DNA of 64,000 bases, taken from assembly GCA_000934665.2 (NCBI GenBank), contig KZ538034.1:1-64000 (forward strand), written 5' to 3'. The stretch comes from Catajapyx aquilonaris (taxonomy: Eukaryota). The notes below the pieces were generated by a model. That model searched no databases. It saw only the letters and a list, made by a program, of their open reading frames with translations, and had not been told where the DNA came from. Of this stretch, positions 14,701 to 27,091 are shown piece after piece (within the stretch, counting starts at the first letter, position 1; each line of letters begins with the position of its first letter). Both the position numbers and the translations under genes were made by a program.

Positions 14701-17700
14701 AAAAACAGGCTCATGATTATCAGACATTTCCCAATTATTTGAGAGGATTTGGTTAAATCTTATTTCGTGCTCATTCGGGGATCACAAGAGGAAGGTGCAT
14801 GACCGAAAAGTGAGCAAATTAATCGAAAGCTTAGTAAAGGCTATAACCTCTTACAGACTATATATCCGTCAAAATGATATTTTCGACAACAAGATTCTGA
14901 TTAAAAGTTTATACAATGATGCGAATTATAAGACAGTTAAACACTTTTCGCCTTAGACATATTTACACTGGCATAAACCAGTACAGAGCATTTTGTAAGC
15001 TACATCGATAATTTCGGGCTATATGCACAGTAAAACAGACAATGTCTATAAAATGCTCACGAAAGCCGTACAATGAATCGGTCTCGTCCTATATCCGTAG
15101 GACATTTTATGCAACAGGTTGCCACCATGTGCTGCCAATTTATTCCACTCGCGCTGAAGCCCCGGGGTGAAGAGTGTTGCTCCAGGTCAGAAACGACGTG
15201 ATTTTTATGCCAAATTACCCCCATTTCTGCTTTTTGAAAAATAAGTTCCGCAGTTCGTCCGATTGGAGAATTTATTGGAGATGAAATCAATTGCTGGGCT
15301 ACATAATGAAGTTCTGTGCGATGTATTTTGTGAGACTCTGCACATAAAGTGCTGTTATTTCCAATCAAAAATTATTAAATGTCATAAGTGATTGACATCG
15401 ATATGCAGTGTAGAGCAATGTACAAAGCGTTACTTGCGCTGAATCCGGATTCATGTCAGCAGTCAATGTAATGTGGTATACCACCTGCCTGTGTGTATAT
15501 CATTGGTGGTTTAGACCGTTTTCACAGTTATCAGTAAATGTCATTTTTCCCAATCAGAAAGAGACGAAAAAAATGAACAACCCTATTCAGCCAGTAATTG
15601 TTCACATAAGTAATGATTGCCATTATTATTTCAACCATAATCATACTGTGTACATGTCTGCATGAAAGGAAGCAACTGTGTACATATTTCGACTATCACT
15701 CTTTGCCCACGTTTCCTGTTCAGTTCAGACGTAATTAAAGCCTATTGTTGTCGACATGTCAGTAATTAAGCATAATTGCCTTCCGGGATTCTTTAAATTA
15801 TTAGTCAAAAAATGTTGTCAGTTCATTAGTTAAAAGGCTACACACCCATGGGTGGACGAGATTTTGTTGAGGTGACAAGGAAACAAGGGCGTGGGTGGAA
15901 AGGTATGTCAGCAGGTGGGGAAAGGGTGTAATAGAATGCGTGGGAGGATGATGGGGGGAGGGGGGGTTAAATTGCGAGGGCGGCCAGAAGGGTCAATGTG
16001 ACTAATGACCTGTGTCATGTACCTGAACCTCCGCATCATTGGCCAGGGTAATTTGGCGGTTCATGTAATCCAGCGCCAGAAGCAATTACAATAATGCGTA
16101 AAATGTTTGATCAGAAAGCGACGAGTAATAATTACGCTACCTTTTTAAAAATTGCGTGCATATTGTTGCTAATAATACTTGTTTCCGTTACGCGGTGATT
16201 ACCCTTGGGATACTTGCTACATGCTGCCAAGTGTTGTAAGTGCGGATCGGACTTTGCTGTTGCCCTCTGCTCTCGCCCTCAATTAACAAGTCTATTAGAG
16301 CATAGTAATTCATCGTACCGGAACAATATCCATTTTGGGTAGCAATTTTGTCGGCCTGCGTATAAATTACTCCAGCTTCTGGATTCACTGCTCGAAAATT
16401 GAACCTTAACTCATTTAATACAGCCCGTCTGCAGCACATGGGCAATGGACTATGTTGTTGACGATTTTGGATTGACGCCTGTGTAGAAATGATCGCCTAT
16501 CGTTAAATTGTAGGCGGAATTGTGTGCGACTATTAAAAGTGTCAGTCTGACAGATGATTATAATAAAATTCGTCGCGGAATCTGCTGGTCCTTTATACTG
16601 CTATTTTTATGTTTAAAAAATAACCATGTGCTTCCATAAATCGATGGATAGGTCGTTCACTCTTTGACATTCTATTTATGCCCATCCCAACAGACGGAGA
16701 GCTATAAAAGACTTCTTCTCTCAGACGTGTTTACTAGCCAGCCAATTTGACAATATGATACCATTTTTCCCCTAGTAGCCTATTTTTTGAAGCAGAGACC
16801 TTGTCATGCTTCAGTATTCTTTCGCTGATAAACACTTCAGACGAGCTTTTGTGGCAAGTATTTTTGGACTATACGGAAGATGTTATGTAACCAGTTTTTC
16901 TATAGTAGGCCTAATAGAAGACAAACATCAACAATAATTAACAAGAAAGTTATAGCAAAGAGCTATCAATTACTGCATCAAATGAGTTTATAGTATGTAC
17001 TGATTGTACAGTATAATTGTTATGTACGTACTCTAAAGAGCACACATTTACAAAATAACGGTCGAATATGTAAGACATGTCCGGTGTGCTAAAAACATTG
17101 ACAAAATTGTCGTGAACAGCCGTAATGAGCTTTCGAGTCAGGTACCGCCTACATACGCGACTCTGCGTTAAAAACACCTTCCTTGAAAATGTATAAAGCG
17201 AGTGAAGCAATAAACGAACTCTTTCCTGTTTACGCCGGCCATCATAATGACCACGCAGGAAGTTTTAGTACCTGTGTCATGCCAGCCCGAATTGACGCAG
17301 GCCGTCATAATATGTCACTAAACTTTGTCGCATAAAAATCTATTGGTTTTATTCGCGACACTCCACCGTTTATCCTGACTATTCAGGGCAATCCTGCATC
17401 TCTCAATTGTGCAACGGGAGGTCTAACAGCCAGGATAACAAACTTTCTGGCCGGACGTTGACGAAGTGGCCAACGAACGTTATTGTGGCTTAGCCACAGC
17501 GATCACACCCATTCAGACACGCTCTCTGAACTGCCCTCCGCGCCTCCACCCCGACTTCGTCGCGTAGGAAAGATCAGCCCGACAGACCTTTTAGTAAGCT
17601 CCCCTGGGTGGTTAGTCAATCGGAAATCCCCCCCACAAGACGAAGCCCTTCGCTTGAATAACTTGTCTTCTACCCACTACCAGAATCCATGAAAGAGATG

Positions 17701-20700
17701 GTCCCAGCATCCCGGTTCCGGAGTCGACTGATCCCACGAGCAGCTCCGTGGTTTGAAGGCATTGACGAGCGAGGCGGCGGCGGAGGAGTTGTGGGACTGA
17801 CTGGAAGGAAGGTGGACGACGAACCTGACAGAAGTGTTGAGGATGAGGATGATCTGGTTCCACTGGTGGCCGGGGGTTCCCTTCCCCTGATGATGCATCC
17901 ACTGGTGGCCATCAGGGGATCCATGACCCGCAGAAGTCCGCTACAGAATCACGACACAGCATCCCAATTCCTTGGCCTCGGTAAGAAGCCTGCCTCGGAT
18001 GAAGCTCGCTACACGCCCTTTGTTAGCGTAGGTGCGTAGTTCACACGCCTTTTCTTCTTAAACAACAACAGCTGCCCACACAACACACTACATGACCTTT
18101 TGTCAGTCGCATCGCAGTTCAGTTTTCTCAAAGGTGGCCGTAATATGACTTCTTTTTTTAAAAAACCATGAACTCAGGGATAGAATATATTCTGGGCTGC
18201 AATGCTGAAGGACTACTTTACTTGTGTTTTTTTCCCCTGTTTATCGCTTGCCTGAACTTGCCTGGTATGCAACTGCCATGCAATTTTGCCAACATACCTC
18301 AAAGCATGGCTTAGTTGTTTTCCTCGTTTCACAACATACACACATTTATATACTGAACAGGTAGCCCTGAACATCACCACGTTTACTAATTACACTGTGC
18401 TCCATCCCACAAATAATGTTTTTGAGGATTTGAAGCACCTCGTAATTGCCGACATGGATCGAGTTTCAATAGGTTATCTCAATGCTTGCGTGGGTTTACT
18501 CAGGATTCTACCGTTTCCTCCCACTCTTAAAATACACTCTCTCGATGAAGTAGGAATAAGTAAATGTCCAGAAAGAATTATACAGCACAATATTCACTGA
18601 AAGGGTCCCGAAACCGGCGAAAATGTCGTACCTCACACTTAATTTTCCCATTTGCAACACCTGACCAACATATTAATCAACCTGCACTAAGGTCCAAACT
18701 ACTGGATTCAATTAACGACCTCATATTAACGTAAAGGAGTCATTGTTCTGCTTGAGTTCACTGATTTTGTTCAAGAACGGAGAGGTAAATATTACAGTAG
18801 TCTACTCGTTAATACCTGACTGCAATAAGAGGCGAATAACAGAAAAATTCAATGAACGATATGCTTAAATTTTTGGCAGCTATTTCATTCGCAATTTTGA
18901 ATTAATTGCATGTAAATGTATGCGTCGACTGCCACGGAACTTTAGGAAAACATTCCGTAAATACCACTGCATGTTGATTAAAATTGTCATAACACCTCAT
19001 CACGTAGTCCCAATTATGTCAAGCAACAGGACAATATTAATTATTATTCGAATGCTGTTTGCGATGTCTTGACACAAATTTTTAAAGTCGAAGCAAGAGT
19101 CGAAGTGCTCCAAATAATATTGACAATATTTCCAGCCGGCTAATGCGCTTGTAATTGGCGAATTTATCCGTTCGACATGCCAAAAAAGGCACAAGCATGC
19201 TTTAGGGAAAAAGTAAATCAGATAATTATAAGTGAAAGCGAAGGGGAATTCTACACACCTATCGGGGCTTTTGTTCTTGCTCCGCATTTCCCTTCATTAG
19301 TCTGCCTGTGTCCCATGACAAAAGGCGGCACATTATGCAGTACTAACGTGATTAGCACATCGGCCAAATCGGCCCCGCCTCTCGTCTGTCACTCTTTCCT
19401 TTACTTGTGCACTCCATTCTTCTTACCAACCACTTCATGCAATTTTATAACGTCAAAAGGGCCGATATAAAGCTTCTCACTGAAAGAGCATGCGCTATTT
19501 CTTTTTTTTATAAATGGAGAGTGAAAAAATGCAGGAGGCGTAGACAGTTACAGTCAATGGCCGAATGGTCAGATGTAAGTGATGGCTTCTCATAAAGTCA
19601 TCATCTTCGCTGAAGGAGGAAGAGATGCAGTTTAATGCTCAGGGAAACACTTTTTATGATATGTTGGGAGTCAACGATCTAATAAAAAAGTGACTTTATC
19701 TTTCTGAAGTGATCAGACCTGAAATACTATAATTTTTTTAGCGACAACAAAAAATGTTTTATGAGGTACTGACTGCGTACTGACAGCTCTTTAATATGGA
19801 CTGCGCATATCGTTCTCCTAATAGGCTATCCGTCTAATGTTTGTCCGACCTGATAGTATCGCTATCTCTCGCACGACCCGAGGGTGGCGGGAGTATGCAG
19901 AAGGCGTGTGCGCCATCTACTCGTGAAGCATAGTACTAGGTGGTAAATCGGAGGGCCAGTTGTTTGATTGTCACAATCATTATACTTTTTTTGCCAAATT
20001 TTGGCGACGGGTTCACTAGTACACTCATAAGTCATAACTGCCTGCTTTTACAATAATCACAACTCAAAAGTGCAACAGCAATGTTATAGGTCGTATCAGT
20101 ATAATTACCATTATAAATTACTTTTTACAAACTGCAGGAGCTTTGAGCAATGTCCGTCAGTTCTTCGATGATCTCCGCGCGAATATCGACAGCATGGAAA
20201 GCACAAGAAACAACCAATTAGATCACCAGGAAGACTCTCCCATTCACTTGCCACCTGAGCCCATTGGGTACCCGGAAGGTAAGGCCATTTGTTTCTTATT
20301 AACATTATTATTATTTTATTTAAACAGCGATATTCACTGTGTGTGTGCTGTGAGTTGTAGATTATTCCAGGTTGAAAGCGCCGAGGAAAGGAGAGAACCC
20401 ATTTCTAGTGTTTATTGTCCGCTCGCCCCTCCGACCAAGTTTTCGCCTACCATGCAAACTCCATGCAACATGACTCTGTGTAAATGTGACAATAAAACAT
20501 GTAGTTTTCATGCAATCGATTACAGAATCAAAGGGTAATATTGCCACGGAAAAGTACTGCGATTCTGTCTTATAAGATTTCAACATTTTTTGATCTCTAG
20601 TTAATGCTACCTAAGCCTATGTATATGAGCTCAGGTTAAAGTATGTTCTCGTCAGTTTCCAAAGAGTACGTTACGAAAATTTTCTGCTTACAGTAAGGTT

Positions 20701-21888
20701 GTAATCTCTCTCAGGGGTTCATATATTTATCATGCTCACCAGTTGTAATTTCTCACGAAATCCTGTGTAGATTAGGACCCATGTACAGTATATGGATAGG
20801 CCACGAATATGTCTGTTGCGGATGATGAAGCAGGTGCACATTGAGTTCTCCCGTTTTCTTTTGAAGTAGGCCTATCGAAAATATGCGAAGTATTTCTGCC
20901 GAGATTTCTGATGCACCACCAGTAGATTAATATTTACTGTACTTTACGTCCACATTGAAGCATAGAGAACTAACTTGTTAGAGTGATCATTATCAACTCT
21001 GCACTTTTAAGTGGTAAAGCAATATTTTAAAATGCTCTTCACTTGTCCTTTTTAAAATCAATTATTTAGTTATTAAATAATTGTTTAATAAAATGAAAGG
21101 CAGCAGTAAACTTCAGCACCACCAGTCCACAGTGCATGTGAAAATGTTATCATGCTTACTTTATCACTCATTAAATCATTGCACTACCGTAATTCTTTGC
21201 ACACCTTCCAACACCTTTGATTCAAGTATTGAGTGTAACAATTATCGCTGAAAAAAATTTCAATCGGCTCCAATTAGTAAGCGCAGCGTTGAATCACAGG
21301 CAAAGCGAAGGAACAAAAACGGAAGAAGCAAATAATAATAAAAAAAAGGCACGTCAGTCTCCAATATAGTGAAGCCCAACTGGTTGGAGTTTCGTATACA
21401 CTTCAAGCGTCAGCGAAATAATTGATCAGCTTCCTTTAGTGCTTGACCTAGTTCCTATACGAAGCTTCAAATCACACGGGCTTCCATCGTGTAAGAATGG
21501 AAGCACCACTTAGTGCTCAATAGCAGGAAATAAGGCGTCAATATAGACGTCCCTAAAATAAACCCAATATTCCGACATTAAAAAAATACCCAAAAAATGC
21601 TGAAATAATAATATTGCATTGAGTGTTTACTTGTTTACTCCATGAACAATATGTCGTTATTTTGTCATATATAATAATTGCTTTTCAATTTGACAATAAA
21701 CGTAGCCTCTCCCCTGTACATGTGAACCATTCTGTCCAACAGTTGAGAGCTCTCCAAAGTACTACGAGGGCGGAGGTCACCGTCTTTCGCACAACCTGCG
21801 CAGCTTCGTGGCCATGGGCGAACCCGGAGAGGTACGCAGGACCAACAGCTACGACCCTTCCTGGCTTTGGACCGGTCTCGGCCGATAA
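8734..21888 (+). CDS. Putative neuropeptide precursor (~229 aa, secreted); exons 8734-8839, 17684-17980, 20138-20278, 21743-21888; possible extra upstream coding exon 4029-4053 spliced to acceptor 8726
   Basis: All junctions are GT-AG and phase 1, giving a stop-free ORF. It has a signal-peptide-like N-terminus (MSGIRSPLLSVVLLVHLHNRIFLACS), internal GRK and RR sites, and a C-terminus EVRRTNSYDPSWLWTGLGR*. AATAAA lies at 21913-21918. Confidence 0.75.
11793..11990 (+). repeat. Interspersed repeat, copy 1
   Basis: atgtttgtccc/gacctgatagtatc...gagggtggc...cgccatcta...cgtgaag...tggtaaatcgg...ttgccaaattttggc is shared with 19837-20028. Confidence 0.85.
19837..20028 (+). repeat. Interspersed repeat, copy 2
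   Basis: Direct, diverged copy of 11793-11990; a short fragment also occurs near 36862-36889. Confidence 0.85.
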
Positions 21889-22692
21889 ATCCAGGATCCA
21901 CAATATTTACAAAATAAATAAAACATCATTAAATAATTTAAAGAAATAATCGTGTACCACTGTACTTTTCCTCTTGTGGTCCCCAATCATCGTAATGTTG
22001 TACCTTTTTGTCCGATCCTGACTTTTTACCCGCGCGAATATTATGCATGTCACGGAATGCTTCTTTTTTTGGTGATTCTGTCACCTGCTCTGTGTTCACA
22101 TGGCCAAAAAAAACAGTAGTTTATTACGACGAAAACTTGGAGGGGAAGGAAGAGAGAGGGTATACATCAATATTTGTTCAATGCAGTGTCCTCTATAGAC
22201 TTAATAAAACTGTGCGCTTCTTCTCTTTAAGCACGTTTTGAGTTCTTCATTGCCACCTGATTGTCAATCACTTCCTTTTTGGGGCATCTTCCGAGGTTCT
22301 TTTTGTCTGCCTCTCAATACGGATTATAACTTCTAATAAAACACTGGAGCTATTTCCAAACTTCAGCAGGATCTGCATAGAATCAGTGGAACTATCCGCA
22401 GTCTTTTTATATAATTATGAAAATACGCGGTAAGTATAGAGGGCGATAATGCGATTATTTCCTTCCGCTAATTTTTGCACACAGTGAAAGTGTTCGTGTG
22501 GCATTGAATTTCTACAAAAATAACTGCTGCTTAAGGTTACAGTGTTTTCTCAAAGAATGAGACGGGCTAAAAATGGTTTAAAGATTGCAACAGCCTCTTG
22601 TGTTTCAAGGTGAGTGTAACTAGGGCTTCAGAACTTAAGGGAGCTTTAAAAAATGTAAAAGCAAAAACCTTCAGTGAAAAAAGGGTAGGCTG

Positions 22693-23100
22693 TAGTAAGA
22701 CCTCCGTGGAGGAATGAAAGGACTGAAACAAGACAGGCGCACGTAACACCTTTTGATTTAAGCTGTAACCATATAGGTCTTATACTCAAGCAATTTCCAA
22801 TTGACAGCTCATGAAGTCTCCTTTCTGAAAACAATGGATGGAATTTTCCTCGTACTACTAAGTTATACTTCTAACTTAGCAGTACCATTGTAGTGATATG
22901 ATACTGCTAAGTTAGCAATAACTATAGTACGACGAAAATTCCAGCCATTAATTTTTCATGAGCCACTCCATATAAGTGTTTGCTGAAATATTCGGAACTT
23001 CAATATTAAGCACATTGAATTTCTATACGATTGGTGTGAATTTATTGCCATAAAACATTTATTATGCCATGTTTCAGTACTTTCATTCCGCCACTTAGAT
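22693..23100. mobile_element. MITE-family copy (same arms as 38267-38851) with an inner palindrome at ~22832-22950
   Basis: Arm tagtaagacctccg...gaaacaagacaggcgcacgtaa at 22693-22782, partial inverted arm at 23071-23094, and inner inverted repeat ggaattttcctcgtacta...tagtacgacgaaaattcc. Confidence 0.7.
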
Positions 23101-23932
23101 CTTCCTACACTGGATGTTTTTCACTGAAGGGAATATTTTTGCTCTTATTTAAGTTCTTTTTAAAAATCCTTTCGCTATCAGCTATACCGCAATCACCTAG
23201 TTTTTCGATTACACGTACGCTGAAGATAAGAACAAGATATTTTACAAATAATGACAGCTATAAACTCCCAAACTTATTTAATTTTGCGAAATGCGACGAT
23301 TTCAGCAAATTCGTCTGGCACGTTTCTTAAGGTATATATTCCGCATACTGTAACATAATTTGATTAATTTCATAATTAAATCAGCTTAAGAGTTGGCTTG
23401 TAATACCTGGCGATGGCGATATGGCAGGTAGCGAAGTATGGTTAATAGTATGCCTACTGTACAGTTGAATCTGGACAAAACAGACTTCCAGAAACCGTGG
23501 AAAAAAGTCTGTTATAGCCAAGTCGTCACTTTTGCAACAAAAACATAGATTTCTGCTTTACATAATTATATGGCTGTAATACGCACTACTACATACCGAT
23601 TAATGAAATGGGTCAAAAATGCAATATTATCTCACCCAAAAATTATGCGGGACCTAAATATCCGCAATTCTCTTCTGCCGTCTCCTTTTCGCTAATGTTA
23701 TACCTGGAAAACTATATTTTCCCACCGAGGGGCCAAGAAATGGTCGGTTATACCCGTGAAATGAAATTAAGTCTGTTAATCAGGAGTAAAATACACAGGG
23801 CCTTATATGAAAGCATGCCACGACCGGTCTTTATAACCAAAAGTATTTTGCAGAAGTTAAACATTTTTTAAATGCCATTAAGAAGTTACATTTTCCTGGT
23901 GGTAAAGTTTTAAAATGCGACAAAAAGATATA

Positions 23933-24083
23933 CCGTATTTGATGGCCCAAATGATACCCTAAAATGGCTCAAAAATCGCCCCTCGCTTTATATGCGAAAA
24001 TACATTCAAGGCGTTTAAAAAAAATACTGAATATGATCTACTGAAATGGGGGTGCTCCTTATACAGTATGCCGTCAAATACGG
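23933..24083. mobile_element. Tc1/mariner/pogo-type MITE
   Basis: TIR ccgtatttgatggc / gccgtcaaatacgg flanked by TA on both sides. Confidence 0.75.
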
Positions 24084-24612
24084 TAATTACGTATTTTTGA
24101 TAACCAATGCTTTATCTGTTAAATATTCGTAGATAATAAACAAGTTGATCAGGTTAGGTATAGAGGCGTGTATACGTCAAAGGCCGAAATATTGAGATTA
24201 CAACCAGTAACTTGTATTTATACTATCCGACGCATATATTTCCTATCAATACTTTTTTAATCGGGATAAAAAAGGGCATTAAAAATCAATCCAGAGAAAT
24301 TTCCATATACTGAATAGCAAAAAGGCAGCACAAAATAGTCCTGCAATGGGATCAAGAAATACTTTAGTAATTGCCTATACATGGTATTACATGCATTGTA
24401 ATACTTTGGCACAAATGGATTCAACAACTTTTTTAAACATTCAGGTGACTTTATAGATGTGACTTGAGCTCATTTCAAATCCGGCGGCCCTAGGATAGCA
24501 TCGATGCATGACTATCAGTATTTCTGATGTAAAATTTGGCAACCCTGCGTTTGGACTCTTGGAGCACCAGCTGCAGGAGCCAGAGTTCGATCAGCGTGAG
24601 GCTGCACCAGAA

Positions 24613-25624
24613 ATGGCGTCTGGAGCCATCAAAAGGGTGAGAATATCTTAAGGAGCATATTATTAACCTAGAGGGGAGGGCCACATTACAGAGTACTTAT
24701 GGAACGCAGCACACCAGTCTAGTAAACATTGGTGCAAATGGTGCAGCATTCTATTTCAGCGTAATGGGTCATGTTGATGTGTTCATTGAACTTGCATAAT
24801 TTCTTCTTCCTTAGACCACTGGCCTGACGGGCCTGCTGGTGTCTCGCAACCCGCACCATACACTGGGGGTCCTCTACGGTAAGATCCTCAGGGCCCTGCA
24901 GAAGATGCCACAGGATGCTGCTTACAGGAAGCACACGGAGCAGGTGGTGCAGGATAGGTTCACTGTCGTCAAGTCGGTAAGGCCCGTTATTAGAATTTTA
25001 TGGGCCGGTTGCACCAAGCGCGGTACATGATAAACCCGCGGTTCTCTCGGAAATCATATACCGCGCTCGGTGCAACCGGCCCTAAGGCAGTTTCGATTAT
25101 CAATGTGAAAATTGGTCCATCTGATAATTAATACTGGTTGCAAGAAATATTTTATGCCAAAAAAGGGTGTGTAAAGAAGCAAGAATTTAGTGGCTTGCTG
25201 CAGTGAACACGTGGCCACTTACCAACTGGCCACAGCAACTGACCACTTGTGGAAATACACAAGATTGAATAAGAGAGTGGCCAGTGGCCACATGTCAATG
25301 CTCTCATTCAATCCTGTGTATTTCCAAAAGTGGTCATTTGTTGTGGCCATGTGTAAACCGGGCCTTACAGGGACAAACTTTACGCAGATGTTAAACAGTG
25401 TGGGAATTGACGTGCCTTTGTCATTTACGCTCTACAATGTTGTTGCCCCATTTCAGGAGCCGAACGTGGCCAAGCTGGAAGAGAAGATAGGTTGCGGCCA
25501 AGCAGAAGAGCTGATAGTCCAGGCCGAGAACGAGCTGATCCTGGCGCGAAAAATGCTGGCCTGGAAACCATGGGAGCCACTGGTCAAGGAGCCACCTCCA
25601 AACCAGTGGAAGTGGCCCATCTGA
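24613..25624 (+). CDS. NDUFA5: NADH:ubiquinone oxidoreductase subunit A5 (B13); exons 24613-24636, 24815-24976, 25457-25624
   Basis: Spliced protein [51 protein letters not shown]...[43 protein letters not shown] matches the NDUFA5 family; canonical splice sites. Confidence 0.96.
25002..25082. mobile_element. Short palindromic MITE (PIF/Harbinger-like ends) in NDUFA5 intron 2
   Basis: gggccggttgcaccaagcgcggtacatgat / atcatataccgcgctcggtgcaaccggccc, followed by TAA. Confidence 0.7.
25227..25350. repeat. Imperfect palindrome (MITE remnant) in NDUFA5 intron 2
   Basis: tggccacagcaactgaccacttgtggaaatacacaagattgaat / attcaatcctgtgtatttccaaaagtggtcatttgttgtggcca. Confidence 0.7.
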
Positions 25625-25783
25625 AGCGCCAATTCTTTAAATCGAGTCATGTTTAGTACTGTGTACAAAATTGTGTAGAAAAAATCAAGCAATACATTGT
25701 TCCAACCCATTAATTTCATAATACAATTTATTTACCGCTATAACAGTGCCCTGGAGTTTTAGGGTGGAATTTTAACCCCAGTG

Positions 25784-26010
25784 CTAGTTCCTGCTAGCCG
25801 CGAGGAGGCGGGCATATGGAGGTGGCGCTGTATGACGTACCGGATACGGTGGAGGACAAACGGCGTACTGCATTACCTGGATACGCTGTTGCGAGTTGGA
25901 TTTCATGGGCTTACAATGCACCTCACACGTTCGCAGGGAAGCCTGACAAACAGGATGAAATAGTTCAGAGCGCTGTTCAGCGCATTGACGCCTGATATTG
26001 AGGTCGCCAT
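25784..26010 (-). CDS. Candidate small spliced ORF (58 aa, two PPPY motifs) between NDUFA5 and NDUFB6; exons 26010-25927, 25876-25784
   Basis: 50-nt GT-AG intron, GC-richer sequence, minus-strand AATAAA at 25732-25727; no homology recognised. Confidence 0.25.
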
Positions 26011-26398
26011 ATTGGCACTCCTACATCACGTGACACTAATACTGACCTCTGATTGGCTACTCGGGGACTACGAGCTCAAAGATGGCCGAAATTTGAAAAT
26101 GCTCGTTTACTTTCCGTCTCTGTTGAAGCCTTGCATGAAGCTCCCCAGTCTTCGCGCTGTATTTAATTGCACTGAGCCATGTTGCAGGGAATAAAAATGG
26201 GTGCTACCAGGCGTGAGCGGCATTATAACTAGTGAATAGAACGAGAACCGTATTAGAACGCTAGAGAGAAGTGTCGAAAGTGGCCGCTAGTTGGCAGCAC
26301 CGCTCAGCTGGGAACAGCTGACGATCGACGTTCCATCAGGCTTTTTGGGAAGAAGAACATTTTCGTCTGATCTTTTTCCTTCAGGACGAGTTGAGAGG

Positions 26399-27001
26399 AT
26401 GGCTTCAGACACGGGAGGAGTGAAGCCCTTCCCGATCCAGGGCCGCATGGTCCGGGAGAGGGAGAGGACGGCCGGGATGACGGAGGGGGAGAGGGCCTGG
26501 AGGGCACAGTGGGTCAAGGACCAGGTGCTCTCACCAAACGAGCCCAGGCCCATGACCCAGGAGTTCTACAGGGCCAGGTACAACCCGATCAGGAGGGCCT
26601 ACAGGGCACCCTTAGACTACATGTTCACAGCACTCAAGCCCGTGATGGTAAGCACAATCAGTACGGCCAGTTGAAATCGTACAGTACACATACCCGTAAC
26701 GCAGGGTGAGAGGGCTGTTGCGGCTCGTTGGTGGACCGGAAAGGTGCTGATGATCATGACTGGGGCGTACCTTGTGACGTACTACGCCAAGTACAGCATG
26801 AATGTGAGTATTATCCACCAGTATCTTGCAAACGCTTCATAATTGCCCTCGCAGGACTGGACTCGCCGAGGTGGCTGGTATGCACGAGTGAGCCGCTCTG
26901 CTGTCGTCCCGGGGGATGAGGGCTACCCCAAGGTGTCCGACCGAAGCGATCCTTCCGACTACGCCGATAGGGGATTCAAGAGCTCCATCTTGTGCAAGTA
27001 G
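26399..27001 (+). CDS. NDUFB6: NADH:ubiquinone oxidoreductase subunit B6 (B17); exons 26399-26647, 26705-26803, 26855-27001
   Basis: MASDTGGVKPFPIQGRMVRERER...ERAWRAQWVKDQVLSPNEP...YNPIRRAYRAPLD, then one TM segment and DWTRRGGW...DYADRGFK; arthropod-type NDUFB6. Confidence 0.92.
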
Positions 27002-27091
27002 ACTTGACACGGAAACAAACCAGTTGTAGTAAGAAATACTGTTTTATTGTACAGCCAGTAAACACACAAATGTTGAAAAGTTTTAACTGTC

